IMG/VR virus record: IMGVR_UViG_3300037602_000018
Location: 1 to 64,000 of that record
Reading direction: 5' to 3' (one strand)
Length of the DNA: 64,000 nucleotides
DNA from: a virus
Lineage: Duplodnaviria > Caudoviricetes
Both the position numbers and the translations under genes were made by a program. Shown here piece by piece: positions 17,042 through 27,833 of this stretch (its first letter is position 1; every line of letters starts with the position of its first letter). A model generated the notes under the pieces. It was not told the DNA's origin, did not search any database, and saw only the letters and a program-made list of their open reading frames with translations.

Positions 17042-17308
17042 ATGAAAAATTTACACATTTATGTAGAAGGAGATATTAATGATGGTGATTACATCTCTGA
17101 AGTAACTGATATTAGCGATTTAACTAAAGAAGAAGTTATAGATATTTACAATAAATTAAAAAGTTATAATCCTAGAAAAGGTAAATGTCCTGATGAAATA
17201 ATGGATTATCTTCCTTGGTTGGATAATGAAGAACTTCATACCATAACAGACGTACAATTACAAATCATTGAAAATATAGAATTAAAAGATTTAGAAAAAA
17301 ATGTTTAA
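17042..17308 (+). CDS. Acidic hypothetical protein
   Basis: Lies between the Prs-like and NAMPT-like genes. Confidence 0.6.
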   Translation: MKNLHIYVEGDINDGDYISEVTDISDLTKEEVIDIYNKLKSYNPRKGKCPDEIMDYLPWLDNEELHTITDVQLQIIENIELKDLEKNV

Positions 17309-18932
17309 AATAAATCCACTATATCTATCTGATGGATATAAAATTTCGCACAAAGCCATGTTAGCTAAAGGTACTACTAAATTATATGGAACATGGATTC
17401 CTAGAAGTACTAAACATGCTCCTAAAGGTATTAGTAAAGTAGTATCTTTTGGTCAACAAATGGTATGGCAGTATATTCATGATGCTTTTGAAGATAATTT
17501 CTTTTCTCAACCAAAACATAGAGCTGAAGAATTTCAAAAAGATATTTTAGAATATCTTGGAATGGAATACAATGGTAAACATTTTGAAGAATTATGGGAT
17601 TTAGGTTATTTACCTATTAGAGTTAAATCTTTACCTGAAGGTATTGAAACAGACCCTAATATTCCTCACATGACTTTTGTAAATACAGTAGATGGGTTCG
17701 CATGGTTGACATTATATTTAGAAACTTTAGTTTCTTCATTAGCATGGAAACCAAGTACATCAGCTACAATAGCTTTACAATATCGTAGAAATGTTGAAAA
17801 AGCTTTTAATGAAACTTGTAAAGACCAAAAAGAATTAATTCCATTTATGTGCCATGATTTCTCTGCAAGAGGATTAAATCCACATGATATGATTAGTTCA
17901 GGTTTAGGCCATGCAACTAGTTTTAGAGGTTCTGATACATTATCTGTTATTCCAGCAGCTAGATATTATTATGGTGAAAAAGATGTCTGTATAAACTCTG
18001 TAAATGCTTCTGAACATTCAGTTTCAACTACTAAGATATTTACTGTAGGTGAAAAGCAAATGATATTAGATTGGTGTAAAGAATTTCCTACAGGTATATT
18101 ATCTATTGTAGCTGATACATTTGATTTATGGAAATTAATTACAGAGTATCTTACTGATCCTGAAGTAAAAGAAGCTGTATTAGCTAGAGATGGTAAATTA
18201 GTAATTAGACCTGATTCAGGTGATCCTGTAGATATTGTTTGTGGTAATGCTTGGAGAGTTCAAGGATGCACAGATGCTGTTAGAGAAAAAGTGGGAGAAG
18301 GTGGTATGGTTTATCACTATATAGATAAAAAGTATTATGAAATTTTTACTAATCAAGCTACAGGTAAACCTTATTTTTCAGAACCTAATGATATATTACC
18401 AGAACAAAAAGGAGTAATAGAACTTCTTTGGGATATATTTGGAGGTACTATTAATAAACAAGGTTATAAAGTATTAGATTCTCATATTGGAGCTATTTAT
18501 GGTGATTCAATTACTATTGATAGACAAGTTCAAATCTATGAAAGATTAAAAGCTAAAGGTTTTGCAGCTAGTAATATTGTGCTTGGAATAGGCTCATTTT
18601 CATATGGTTACAATAGTAGAGACACTCTGGGTTGGGCTGCTAAAGGTAGTTGGTTTGAAGTTGAAGAAATTTTTGATACATCGAATAGTTTTTCAAGAGA
18701 AGTTAAATCTTATAATATTTACAAAGACCCAGTAACAGATGATGGTACTAAAAAATCTTTAAAAGGATTGTGTCAAGTATCTCAGGATAAACATGGAGAA
18801 TATGTAGTTTATACAGAATGTTCTAAAGAAGCTGAAGAAGTTGGATTATTACAAACTATTTATGAAGATGGTAAGTTTCATAATCAAACTACTTTAACTG
18901 AAGTTAGAAGGCAAATAAATACAATAGTTTAA
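17301..18932 (+). CDS. nadV: Nicotinamide phosphoribosyltransferase-like protein (NAMPT/Namat)
   Basis: DGYKISH, HDFSARG, ASEHSV, VIRPDSGDP, IYGDSIT and KDPVTDDGTKKSLKG motifs. Confidence 0.9.
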   Translation: MFKINPLYLSDGYKISHKAMLAKGTTKLYGTWIPRSTKHAPKGISKVVSFGQQMVWQYIHDAFEDNFFSQPKHRAEEFQKDILEYLGMEYNGKHFEELWDLGYLPIRVKSLPEGIETDPNIPHMTFVNTVDGFAWLTLYLETLVSSLAWKPSTSATIALQYRRNVEKAFNETCKDQKELIPFMCHDFSARGLNPHDMISSGLGHATSFRGSDTLSVIPAARYYYGEKDVCINSVNASEHSVSTTKIFTVGEKQMILDWCKEFPTGILSIVADTFDLWKLITEYLTDPEVKEAVLARDGKLVIRPDSGDPVDIVCGNAWRVQGCTDAVREKVGEGGMVYHYIDKKYYEIFTNQATGKPYFSEPNDILPEQKGVIELLWDIFGGTINKQGYKVLDSHIGAIYGDSITIDRQVQIYERLKAKGFAASNIVLGIGSFSYGYNSRDTLGWAAKGSWFEVEEIFDTSNSFSREVKSYNIYKDPVTDDGTKKSLKGLCQVSQDKHGEYVVYTECSKEAEEVGLLQTIYEDGKFHNQTTLTEVRRQINTIV

Positions 18933-19351
18933 TGATTAAAAATTCAGCATTATTAAATACTGAATACTTATGTAAATATACAAATCCCTCACCTGTAAAA
19001 TTAAAGCAGGTTGAGGGATTTAAGTTAGTACTATATTTAGGTAATAATTATTATTCTATTGGTACTGGATTACATAGGTATTTAGTAGGTGAATCTACAA
19101 GATTACAAAATAATTATTCTGTTCTTTATAAAAATACACCTTATTGGTGTGAATATATGAAAGATAGAATTGCTATATTTTCAACTATAGAAGATATTAA
19201 TTTATTTTATCCTAATTGGAAAGATACAAATCATGCTTGTGTAATAAATATTGTATTAGAAAAAGAGTTAATGGCTTTAACTGCTGAAAATGAGCATACT
19301 AAATGTAAAGTATATGCAGGTAAAGAAATTGTAAAAATTAAAAAATTATGA
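18932..19351 (+). CDS. Hypothetical protein
   Basis: ORF in operon. Confidence 0.6.
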   Translation: MIKNSALLNTEYLCKYTNPSPVKLKQVEGFKLVLYLGNNYYSIGTGLHRYLVGESTRLQNNYSVLYKNTPYWCEYMKDRIAIFSTIEDINLFYPNWKDTNHACVINIVLEKELMALTAENEHTKCKVYAGKEIVKIKKL

Positions 19352-20265
19352 AAAAATTTAAACTTATAAAAAAATATCCATCTTTATTAAACTGTGTTAA
19401 AATAGGGGATATAATTCAAGATACAAATCTTAATAATGGAGCTAAAGATGGTTGGTTTAGTGAAAATTGGGGTAAATCAAATAGTTGTGGATTTAAATTA
19501 AATAAAAATACTAACCCACAAGATTATCCAGAATTTTGGGAACCTATAGAATATCCTTTAAATTATGAGGATTTAGAATATGATAAATTTTATGCTACTT
19601 ATTATCCAAACCAAGGATTATATATATTTAAACATGGTTGTAAATTATGGAAAGTACCTTCAGGATTTATACATAATACTGACGGAGATTTTACTCCTGA
19701 AAATGGATTCCTTTCATTTAGAGAAGCTACTAAAGAAGAAGAAATAATTGAAAAAAATTATGAAATATTAAGTTTAATAAGTACTATTAGTAATAAAATT
19801 CTTACAGATAAGGATAATATTTATTCTGTCAAACGTCTAAGTGATTCAGAAATCTTTACTATTGGAGATAAAACTAATTCAGGAACTATTGAAAGTTTTA
19901 AAATAGTAGAAAATCGTATTATGGTAAATTTTATTGATAATTTACCATGTTTTCTTGACCCTAAAGGTAATCCATTATTAAAAGAACCAATATTTATTAC
20001 AGAAGATGGAGTAAAATGTTATGACGATACTTATAATTTATTTTCAGTATTAACTAAAGGTACTTGGGAGACTAGAAGAATATTACCCTCAAAAGCTGAA
20101 AATTATCCTAGTTGGAAACATTTCCACACTAAAGAAGCCAGAGAAAATTATATTTTGTATAATAAACCAATACTTAGTTTAAACGAAGTTAATGCTTATT
20201 TATGTAAAATAAATGTTTTTTCATCATTAAGTAAATTAAAAGAATTAGTAAAATCGAGATTATGA
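19348..20265 (+). CDS. Modular hypothetical protein
   Basis: FKLIKKYP, FWEPI and FREATKEE modules. Confidence 0.7.
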   Translation: MKKFKLIKKYPSLLNCVKIGDIIQDTNLNNGAKDGWFSENWGKSNSCGFKLNKNTNPQDYPEFWEPIEYPLNYEDLEYDKFYATYYPNQGLYIFKHGCKLWKVPSGFIHNTDGDFTPENGFLSFREATKEEEIIEKNYEILSLISTISNKILTDKDNIYSVKRLSDSEIFTIGDKTNSGTIESFKIVENRIMVNFIDNLPCFLDPKGNPLLKEPIFITEDGVKCYDDTYNLFSVLTKGTWETRRILPSKAENYPSWKHFHTKEARENYILYNKPILSLNEVNAYLCKINVFSSLSKLKELVKSRL

Positions 20266-20501
20266 CTAGAGAAGAAAAATATGATTTAGTTAATGAATGT
20301 GAAACTTATGATGAGTTAGCAGATGTAATAGAATTTTTTGGAGAAAATGGTGTAATTAAAGGTAGAACAAGAGAATTTTCTAGTATTAAAATGGCTCAAG
20401 CTTGTAGAAATTTTGATTATATGCCAGCTAGTATTTTAACAAGAGAATTTGGCATTAGACAACAAGCAATATATATTAAATATTATTTAAATAAATTATG
20501 A
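20262..20501 (+). CDS. Hypothetical protein
   Basis: ATGA-coupled ORF. Confidence 0.6.
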   Translation: MTREEKYDLVNECETYDELADVIEFFGENGVIKGRTREFSSIKMAQACRNFDYMPASILTREFGIRQQAIYIKYYLNKL

Positions 20502-20561
20502 CAAGTAGTAAAATTGAATGTTTTAAGGAATGGTTAATTTGGTTTAAAACTAATAATAGAA

Positions 20562-20885
20562 ATGACAGAAGAAGATTTTGATAAATTAGTTGATAATAGG
20601 TTAAATAAAATCAGAGAATTATTAATTGTTAAAGGTCGTGAGTATCGCAGGAATAACAACCCATTTCATAATTTTGAGGTGGGTTCTTTTATTTCTAACC
20701 AAACTACTACCAGAGTATTAGATGGATTCATGCTTAAACATTATATTTCTTATAGGGATATATTAAACGATATTGATAAAGGTATATTACCTTCAGATCA
20801 ATTAATTGAAGAAAAATTTACAGACATTATGGTCTATTTAATTTTACAGGAAGCTAATATTAAAAATATGAAAAATGAACTATAA
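20562..20885 (+). CDS. DUF1599-like all-alpha nucleotide hydrolase
   Basis: KGREY...HNF...EKFTDIMVYLIL pattern. Confidence 0.55.
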   Translation: MTEEDFDKLVDNRLNKIRELLIVKGREYRRNNNPFHNFEVGSFISNQTTTRVLDGFMLKHYISYRDILNDIDKGILPSDQLIEEKFTDIMVYLILQEANIKNMKNEL

Positions 20886-22002
20886 ATTTAAAGAAGGTGA
20901 AGTAATACATTGTAAAACTGAAGAAGAAGCTAATAAAATATTAAAAATAGCTCATGAACAAGGTTATAGATGGGGCGATAAGAGAAGTTATTTAGATAGA
21001 AATGATTGGAATTTTTATAAAGAAAATACCTGTTATATTATAACAAATGGTACATATTGTAATAAAAATTATTTTAGACTACATAATTACACTATTATAG
21101 AAGCATCTGATATATTATTTGAATTACCTGAGAAATGGTGTATTAAAGTAACTGATGAAAATAGACATATTTTAAATAATTGGAGAATTAATATTGTTAA
21201 TTATCGTAGTTATGGTATTTCTGATTGTTACCCATACATAGCAAATGATGGTGGTGGTAATAAAACATTATGGGGTAAGGAAATTACATTTGACCAATTC
21301 AAAAAATATGTACTTAAAGAAAATAATATGAAATATACAATTAAAGAAATTATTGAAAATAAAATTGCAATATGGTGTACTACTACAGAACAAGCTAATA
21401 AATTATGGAAAGCTTTTGGTAGAGAAGATGATTGGGGATTAAGAGGTAATCCAAATGGTTTTGAAGTGTATTTATCTGAAAAATGTCCTGAGTGGCAAGA
21501 TGGATATAATAAAAACTACTTTATAAAATATGAAGGAGCTACTAAATGCATAGATTTTAATGAAATAATATTTAATGATATGAGTAAAGAAATAATAGGT
21601 TATAAATTAGTTAAGCCTGAGTATGAAGCTGCTGCGTCAATGATAATTTATGGTAATGATGGTTCATCAGAACAGTTAAAAACTATTGTTAAAGGTTTTA
21701 ATGTAGAAACATTAAAACGAGCAAACGTATTAGATTTATGGTTTGAACCTGTATATGGAGTAAAAGAACAAAAGATTACGTTATCTAATGGTAAAGTTGT
21801 TACTATTAAAAATGATAGAATAATTGGAGCTGATTGTGAATTCTCTTTAAAACAATTAGAACATATTAAAGAAAGTTTTCATTATGCTCATCAAACAGTA
21901 AATTCTTTAAAAATTGCTCAGCAAGATGTAATTTTATCTATTGGTTGTTGGAAAGATATTAAATTATCTGAATTAGAAATGTTAATTGAAATGGCTAAAT
22001 AA
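20875..22002 (+). CDS. Modular hypothetical protein
   Basis: Repeated IHCKTEEEANK / IWCTTTEQANK module; ELPEKWCIKVT; MSKEIIGYKLVK; WFEPVY. Confidence 0.7.
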   Translation: MNYKFKEGEVIHCKTEEEANKILKIAHEQGYRWGDKRSYLDRNDWNFYKENTCYIITNGTYCNKNYFRLHNYTIIEASDILFELPEKWCIKVTDENRHILNNWRINIVNYRSYGISDCYPYIANDGGGNKTLWGKEITFDQFKKYVLKENNMKYTIKEIIENKIAIWCTTTEQANKLWKAFGREDDWGLRGNPNGFEVYLSEKCPEWQDGYNKNYFIKYEGATKCIDFNEIIFNDMSKEIIGYKLVKPEYEAAASMIIYGNDGSSEQLKTIVKGFNVETLKRANVLDLWFEPVYGVKEQKITLSNGKVVTIKNDRIIGADCEFSLKQLEHIKESFHYAHQTVNSLKIAQQDVILSIGCWKDIKLSELEMLIEMAK

Positions 22003-22802
22003 TGAAAAAAGAAATAAGTGGTTATAAATTATTAAAAGATTTACCTAATCTTGAAAAAGGTTCTGTTTTTATCTTAGAAGATGGAGATTATGTAAATAGT
22101 GACTATGTTTATACTCCTAGTGAAATTATGAATCTTACTAATTGGTTTGAACCTATTTATCAAGAAGAATATAAAGTTGGAGATTGGGTAACTAAATTAT
22201 CTTATTTTTCATCTAATGGTTCTATGGGAAATTCTAATTATGGGGGAGCAGGTTTTGATAAGTTACCAAGTACTTTTTTAATTGAAAGAGTTGAAAGTAC
22301 TTCTAGTTTTGTTAAAACACAAGGTTCTCAAGTTTTATGGAGTGATAATCATGGAGTTTATTCTAAATCTGTAAGACATGCAAATAAAGATGAAATTAAA
22401 GATGCGCTATTAAAAGAAGCTAAAAAAAGGTATCCTATTGGTACTAAATTTAAATGTTTACATGATTGTAACAGAGGCCCTATTAAAGAAGAAGATTATA
22501 ATATACAAACATATGATGATATTTATTGTATTAGAGTATTAAATGGAAGTGGATGTATTTATGATAGTGGAAAATGGGCTGAAATTATAGAAAATAAATT
22601 AGAACTTCCTAGAATATATGGTTATAATGGGGTAGAAACATCTAATACTATTCATTATGGTTGCTCTGTATTTTACAAAGAATTTCTATTAGAAATGAAA
22701 AATAATGGAATTAGATCATTTAATATTCAAATTGGTGGTACTAAATATCCTGTCAAGGAAGAACAATTTAATCAAATTATAAATTATATTGAGAATACAT
22801 GA
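22002..22802 (+). CDS. Modular hypothetical protein
   Basis: KEISGYKLLK, WFEPIY, YKVGDWV, LLKEAKKRYP, GKWAEII. Confidence 0.7.
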   Translation: MKKEISGYKLLKDLPNLEKGSVFILEDGDYVNSDYVYTPSEIMNLTNWFEPIYQEEYKVGDWVTKLSYFSSNGSMGNSNYGGAGFDKLPSTFLIERVESTSSFVKTQGSQVLWSDNHGVYSKSVRHANKDEIKDALLKEAKKRYPIGTKFKCLHDCNRGPIKEEDYNIQTYDDIYCIRVLNGSGCIYDSGKWAEIIENKLELPRIYGYNGVETSNTIHYGCSVFYKEFLLEMKNNGIRSFNIQIGGTKYPVKEEQFNQIINYIENT

Positions 22803-25331
22803 TTGTAAAAGAAAATAAAGAACATATTGTTCAGGGAGATACTTTTAAAACTCATAAATCTACTATTAATAGTAAGAAAATGGAGAAACTCTATTATATT
22901 CTTACTAGTTTATATAGTAATGTGATTGGTAGTATTGTTAGAGAATCAGTTAGTAATGCTGCTGACGCTAATACTGCTGCTAAATCAGATGAGCCAATAT
23001 TAGTATCTCTTAAACAACATGAAAGTACATGGAAATTTAGTGTAGAAGACTTTGGTACAGGCATATCTCCTCAAAAAGCTGAGGAGATTGTCTTTAATTT
23101 TCTTGAGTCAGATAAAGAAGAATCTGATGATTATATAGGAGGTTGGGGTTAACTTAGGCCCAGTTAGTTAGGGATAACTAATTAAAAACATTGCTTGAAT
23201 TGCTGGAAAGTTAAGTTAGAAATAATATACTAATCAGCAGCGAAGCTAAGAGTACACTCTTAGAACGTTCAGAGACTAGTGGAGAACTAAAGTGTTCTTA
23301 ATTACCACATTAGCGAGCAACACCTAGAACAGGTGATGATATAGTCCGACACTCTAGGAAACTAGAGATTAACAGAAACCGCTAGGTTTCAAAGTACCAT
23401 TAGCTTATAACACTAAATCTTTTAATATTACTACAAGGTTTGAAGGTATTGAGTATTTGTATATTATGCATATTGGGGAGAATGGTTTTCCTGAATCTGA
23501 ATTAATATTAGAAAAAGATACTGATAAACCTAATGGTACTAAAATAGAAGTTAGTGTAGCTAAAGGAGATGAATATGATTTTTCTCAAGCTATTATTAAT
23601 CAAATAGGCTATTTTAGGAATATTCATGTAGTAGATGATTATAATACTGGATATAGTAATGATTATCGTATTATTGAAGGAGATACTTTTAAATTAAGAT
23701 CTATTGATAGACCATATCATAATATGCATATGTGTATTGGAGATGTTACTTATCCTATAGATTGGAGAGAAATATCTGGATTTGATAGTGTAATACAAAT
23801 GATTCCTGTAGCCATTAAATTTAAAATTGGTGAATTACAACCAACTCCAGCAAGAGAATCTGTAATGTATTCTCCTAAAAGTATTCAAATAATTAAAGAT
23901 AAAATAAATGCTTTTTTAGTAGAAAGAGATAATATTTTTGATGAACAAATTAAACCTGTAAATACTTTAAAAGAATATTTTGATCTTATAAAACAAGGTA
24001 ATACTTATAACCTTACATTTGGAGATATAACAATTCCATCTAGTTTATTTGGTAATAAAGAAACTGTTAGAATTAAAGATTTTCCTGTAAGTATTATAAC
24101 TATTATTAATAATTCTGGATACTATGCTGGATATAATAATAGACTATATACTTTTAATCATTTTTCAGGATCATATTTTAATTTAACAAGTGATTTAGTT
24201 TTATCAACAATTTTATATAAAGATGAGACTCCTGATTACTATAAAGAAAGATATATTCAAGAAGAAACTAAATATCGAGGAACAATTTTTTCTAAAAAAT
24301 TAACTCTTAAAAATTACATAAAACTTCTAAATTTAAAAAACTTTAAAAAAAATCAATGGAGAAGTATAATTAAGAAGTTTCAGGAATTAGAATTTGAATA
24401 TATAAAAGATGTTAAAAAAATATCTGAAGTTATAGTAGATGCTGAATGGTTAAAAGAAGCTAAAGAAGCTAAGAGATTAGCATCTATGTCTGCTAGAGAA
24501 TTAAGAAAACAAAACAAAGAAATCTTAATTTATCAACCTAGAAGTGCAGATAGAGGTGGTGGTAAATCTAATTATGTTTTTGATAAAAATTCTGTCAAAT
24601 ATAAAGATTTAAAAAAATATAAAGGTCTTTATATCTATGGAACTAAACAAGAAGATTTAGTAATTCAATTTAATGAATTATTATTTAGAAATCAGAGATA
24701 TAAGTTTATTCAAATGGGTAAACAGAATTTTAAACATGTAGAAGATTTACCTAATTTTATAACAATTGATGAATTTATGGAAAAAGCTGATAAATTTTTA
24801 AGAGATGCTGCTACTTATTCTTTTATACAAGGCAAGATTAGAAAATTAAAAGAAGATAAAAATGATAGTTTATTTTTAACATTTTTTGAAACTAAATGGT
24901 CAGGAATATCTTATAAAATTAATAGTAATAGATTACTTAATACTGATTCAGAATTTCTTACAGTAAAAGATTTTAGTAGTAATTTATATGATTCTTTTGA
25001 AAATTTTGTATCTTGGTATAAACTTTATTATGAAGATTATGGAGCTAAACGTGACCTTCTTCAAAAACTATTTCAAACTTTAGAAGCTAAATATCAAAAT
25101 AATCTTAATCAGGAAAGAATTGAACAATTTGAATATTTGTTAGAAAGTTTTGAAAAATATAAATTACTTAATGTTATTAATGGTGGATTAAGTTATTTAA
25201 ATCTTAAAAAAAGTGAGTATAAGGATATTTCAAGGTTTCTATCTAAAGTAAAAGGTGAGCGTATTAACAATTACTGGTATTTAAAAGATGAATATAACCC
25301 AGTATTAAAACAATTAATTAATGAAAATTAG
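22799..25331 (+). CDS. rIIA: rIIA-like protein (GHKL ATPase N-terminus), intron-split: exons 22799-23149 and 23382-25331
   Basis: RESVSNAADA and DFGTGIS motifs. Splicing restores IGGWG-LGFKVPLAY (G-loop) in frame with ORF 23457..25331; predicted product 766 aa. Confidence 0.85.
23150..23381 (+). ncRNA. Group I self-splicing intron, no homing ORF (232 nt)
   Basis: 5' splice after U (GGT|TAA) and 3' terminal G (ACCG|CTA). Core elements: P AATTGCTGGAAA, Q AATCAGCAG, R GTTCAGAGACTA, S GATATAGTCC. IGS CTTAGGCCC can pair with both exons. Confidence 0.92.
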
Positions 25332-26568
25332 TAAAAAACGATTAGACAGTACCGCTATTGTAGTAATAGATGGTAAAATTTACAATGGTACAATCTCAGA
25401 TGATTCTGAATGGGATACAATTGTATCTCTTTGTGATAATTTGAAAGAAGAGTTTGATGAAAATGAATTAAGTGAATTATTAGATATTCTTAATCCTGAA
25501 AGAATAGCTCTTAGGAAGTTAGAAGAAGATATGAGATTGCAATCTATTCAGCAATTACAATTAGATTTTGATCCAGCAGTAAGAATGCGTAAAGCTAAGA
25601 GAATTGCAGATATATCTGATTTGTTTGAATATGATGAAGAAGGATTTTGCTACTTGAAAGGATATAATCATCCTATGCCTTCATTATTAGTAGAAGCATT
25701 ACTTGAAGCTAAGTATAATCCTAACAGTAGATATACTCTTAATTCACTTCTAAACTTCTATAAATGTTTACTTCTTAATCCAGATAAGCATGTCAGAGAT
25801 GATGCATTTAAATGGTTTAAAACAGGTAAATTTAGCCTAACAGAAGATGGTTGTATTATAGCTTACAGAAATGTAAATGTAAAAACAGAAGCTAGTTCTG
25901 ATGAATTGAGTGAATTTATTACAGAACAATATTTCAAGATTAAGAGATGGAAAAAAAGCCCTAAGAATTATCATGTATATGAAGAATTAGATAGTAGTGA
26001 AGAATATACTGGAAATTATTGTTTAGGTACTACAGATGCTATGGAGCCTAAATTACAAGAAGATTTTCAAAATTGGGAAAGATTAGGTTCTCTTGCTGAA
26101 ATGTATGCTGATTTGAATACTGATGAAGACCAAACTGTTTATACAGACTGGTATTCTGGTAGTACTGAAATCAGATTAGGTGAAGAAGTTATTATGGATA
26201 GAAGTGAATGTGATAATTCCCCTGATGCAAGTTGTTCCAGAGGATTACATGGTAAATCAGCTTCTCATGCAGGTACTTATGGAGGAGTAACTATTGTAAT
26301 GCTTGTAAATCCTTATAACATTGTAGCTATTCCTAATTATGACCATAGTAAATTCAGGTCTTGTGCTTATTTACCTTTATGTATAGCTGAAACTGAAGGA
26401 AATAAAATTTCTGAATGGGAGGAAGGTACATATGATTTGACTTATTCCAGAAATGTTCTTGAAGAAATTGATTTTTCTGATGATATTAATACAGAACTAT
26501 CTAAAGACGAGTTTGATAGTATTGTAAATATTAAAGAAACTATCAGTAAACGAGTAATAATGGTATGA
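25321..26568 (+). CDS. rIIB: rIIB-like protein
   Basis: LTEDGCIIAYR and MDRSECDNSPDASCSRGLH...VNPYNIVAIP motifs; follows rIIA. Confidence 0.8.
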   Translation: MKISKKRLDSTAIVVIDGKIYNGTISDDSEWDTIVSLCDNLKEEFDENELSELLDILNPERIALRKLEEDMRLQSIQQLQLDFDPAVRMRKAKRIADISDLFEYDEEGFCYLKGYNHPMPSLLVEALLEAKYNPNSRYTLNSLLNFYKCLLLNPDKHVRDDAFKWFKTGKFSLTEDGCIIAYRNVNVKTEASSDELSEFITEQYFKIKRWKKSPKNYHVYEELDSSEEYTGNYCLGTTDAMEPKLQEDFQNWERLGSLAEMYADLNTDEDQTVYTDWYSGSTEIRLGEEVIMDRSECDNSPDASCSRGLHGKSASHAGTYGGVTIVMLVNPYNIVAIPNYDHSKFRSCAYLPLCIAETEGNKISEWEEGTYDLTYSRNVLEEIDFSDDINTELSKDEFDSIVNIKETISKRVIMV

Positions 26569-26855
26569 CACATAAACAGAATTTAGCCAGACGTAGAAAC
26601 TATAATAAAAAACGAATTACAGGTTTTCATTTAGATGAAGGGTTGTTAACAGAACAAGAAAAAAAGCTATTTAAAGAATTTAAAACCTTAATGCTAAAAA
26701 ATTGGGATAAAGGTTATACTGAGTTTGGTCTAAAGTCTGGTAAAAGATATGATGTTTTAACTCCATCTGGTAATATTATAGAACATAATGTGAGCTATAA
26801 ATATGCCAGATGGGTTGAAACTGTTAGTAATAATAAAAAAGTAAGAATAAAATAA
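26565..26855 (+). CDS. Basic hypothetical protein
   Basis: Coupled ORF. Confidence 0.6.
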   Translation: MTHKQNLARRRNYNKKRITGFHLDEGLLTEQEKKLFKEFKTLMLKNWDKGYTEFGLKSGKRYDVLTPSGNIIEHNVSYKYARWVETVSNNKKVRIK

Positions 26856-27055
26856 TGGCACTAATAAAACAAGTAGAAGTAGTAAAAGTAAATACTATGG
26901 CTGATGGAACTATTCGTTTGACTATAGATTTACTTGCAGGAACAGGTGAAGATATGGCAACAGTTTATAATTTCAGAGCAGTTGACACTATGATGCAATT
27001 ATCTACAGTAGAAGAATATGAAGAAGCCGTAAGTGATGGGTCAGACGATAACTAG
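26855..27055 (+). CDS. Hypothetical protein
   Basis: Coupled ORF. Confidence 0.6.
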   Translation: MALIKQVEVVKVNTMADGTIRLTIDLLAGTGEDMATVYNFRAVDTMMQLSTVEEYEEAVSDGSDDN

Positions 27056-27163
27056 GAGAGGCATTGTAAAATATGTTCTTGAGAAATTTTATCTTAGAAG
27101 AACTAATGAAATTAATAAATTAGAAGATAAAATAGTTAAAGAACTAGATGAAAAATACCCTGA

Positions 27164-27448
27164 GTGAAAAGTTATACGAAGGTATATTTTAAAGCATTTG
27201 GATACGTAGAAGATGATTATATTCCTTGTGAAATATGTCAAAAGCAAGCTAATGATATACATCACATTTTTAGTAGAAGTAAAAGAATGGATTTATTAAA
27301 CTCTATTGAGAATTTAATGGCAGTTTGTAGAAAATGTCATAATACTTATGGAGATAAAAAGAAATTCTATGATTATCTAATACGTATCCATTTTGCTTTA
27401 TTAGATAAATTTAATATTAAATATAATAAAGAAATATATGACAGCTGA
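27164..27448 (+). CDS. HNH endonuclease-like protein
   Basis: CEIC...DIHHI...NLMAVCRKCH. Confidence 0.8.
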   Translation: MKSYTKVYFKAFGYVEDDYIPCEICQKQANDIHHIFSRSKRMDLLNSIENLMAVCRKCHNTYGDKKKFYDYLIRIHFALLDKFNIKYNKEIYDS

Positions 27449-27656
27449 AGAATTTTTATGTGAATGGCTTCATTGCGATAAAAGTACATTACAATATACA
27501 ATAAGTGAAAAACCTAGAGAAACTTTACAAGCATTTAGAAAATTTGCACAATTTCATGTAAAAGAAGCTTTAAAACAAGTTCATTATAATTTTCAATTAC
27601 CTGAAGAAGATTTAGAGTTTACATTAAATGCTTATCCAAAAACTAATATAAAATAA
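27438..27656 (+). CDS. Hypothetical protein
   Basis: Overlapping ORF in operon. Confidence 0.6.
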   Translation: MTAEEFLCEWLHCDKSTLQYTISEKPRETLQAFRKFAQFHVKEALKQVHYNFQLPEEDLEFTLNAYPKTNIK

Positions 27657-27833
27657 TATGGAATTTAATACTAGATGGATTGGTAAAAGAATATGTGAAT
27701 TAACTGTAAGAAATTCTGATGCTTATATTAGAGAAGATGTTTGTGATTTTACAACTGGTAAAATAGATGAACATCTTATATATCAGTTAAGACAAATAGC
27801 AGATGAATTTGAAGAACACAATGAGAGTTTAGA

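Noticed and set aside
23457-25331. Independent gene starting at 23457
   Set aside because: Better explained as part of exon 2 of the intron-split rIIA-like gene; the frame is open from 23382.
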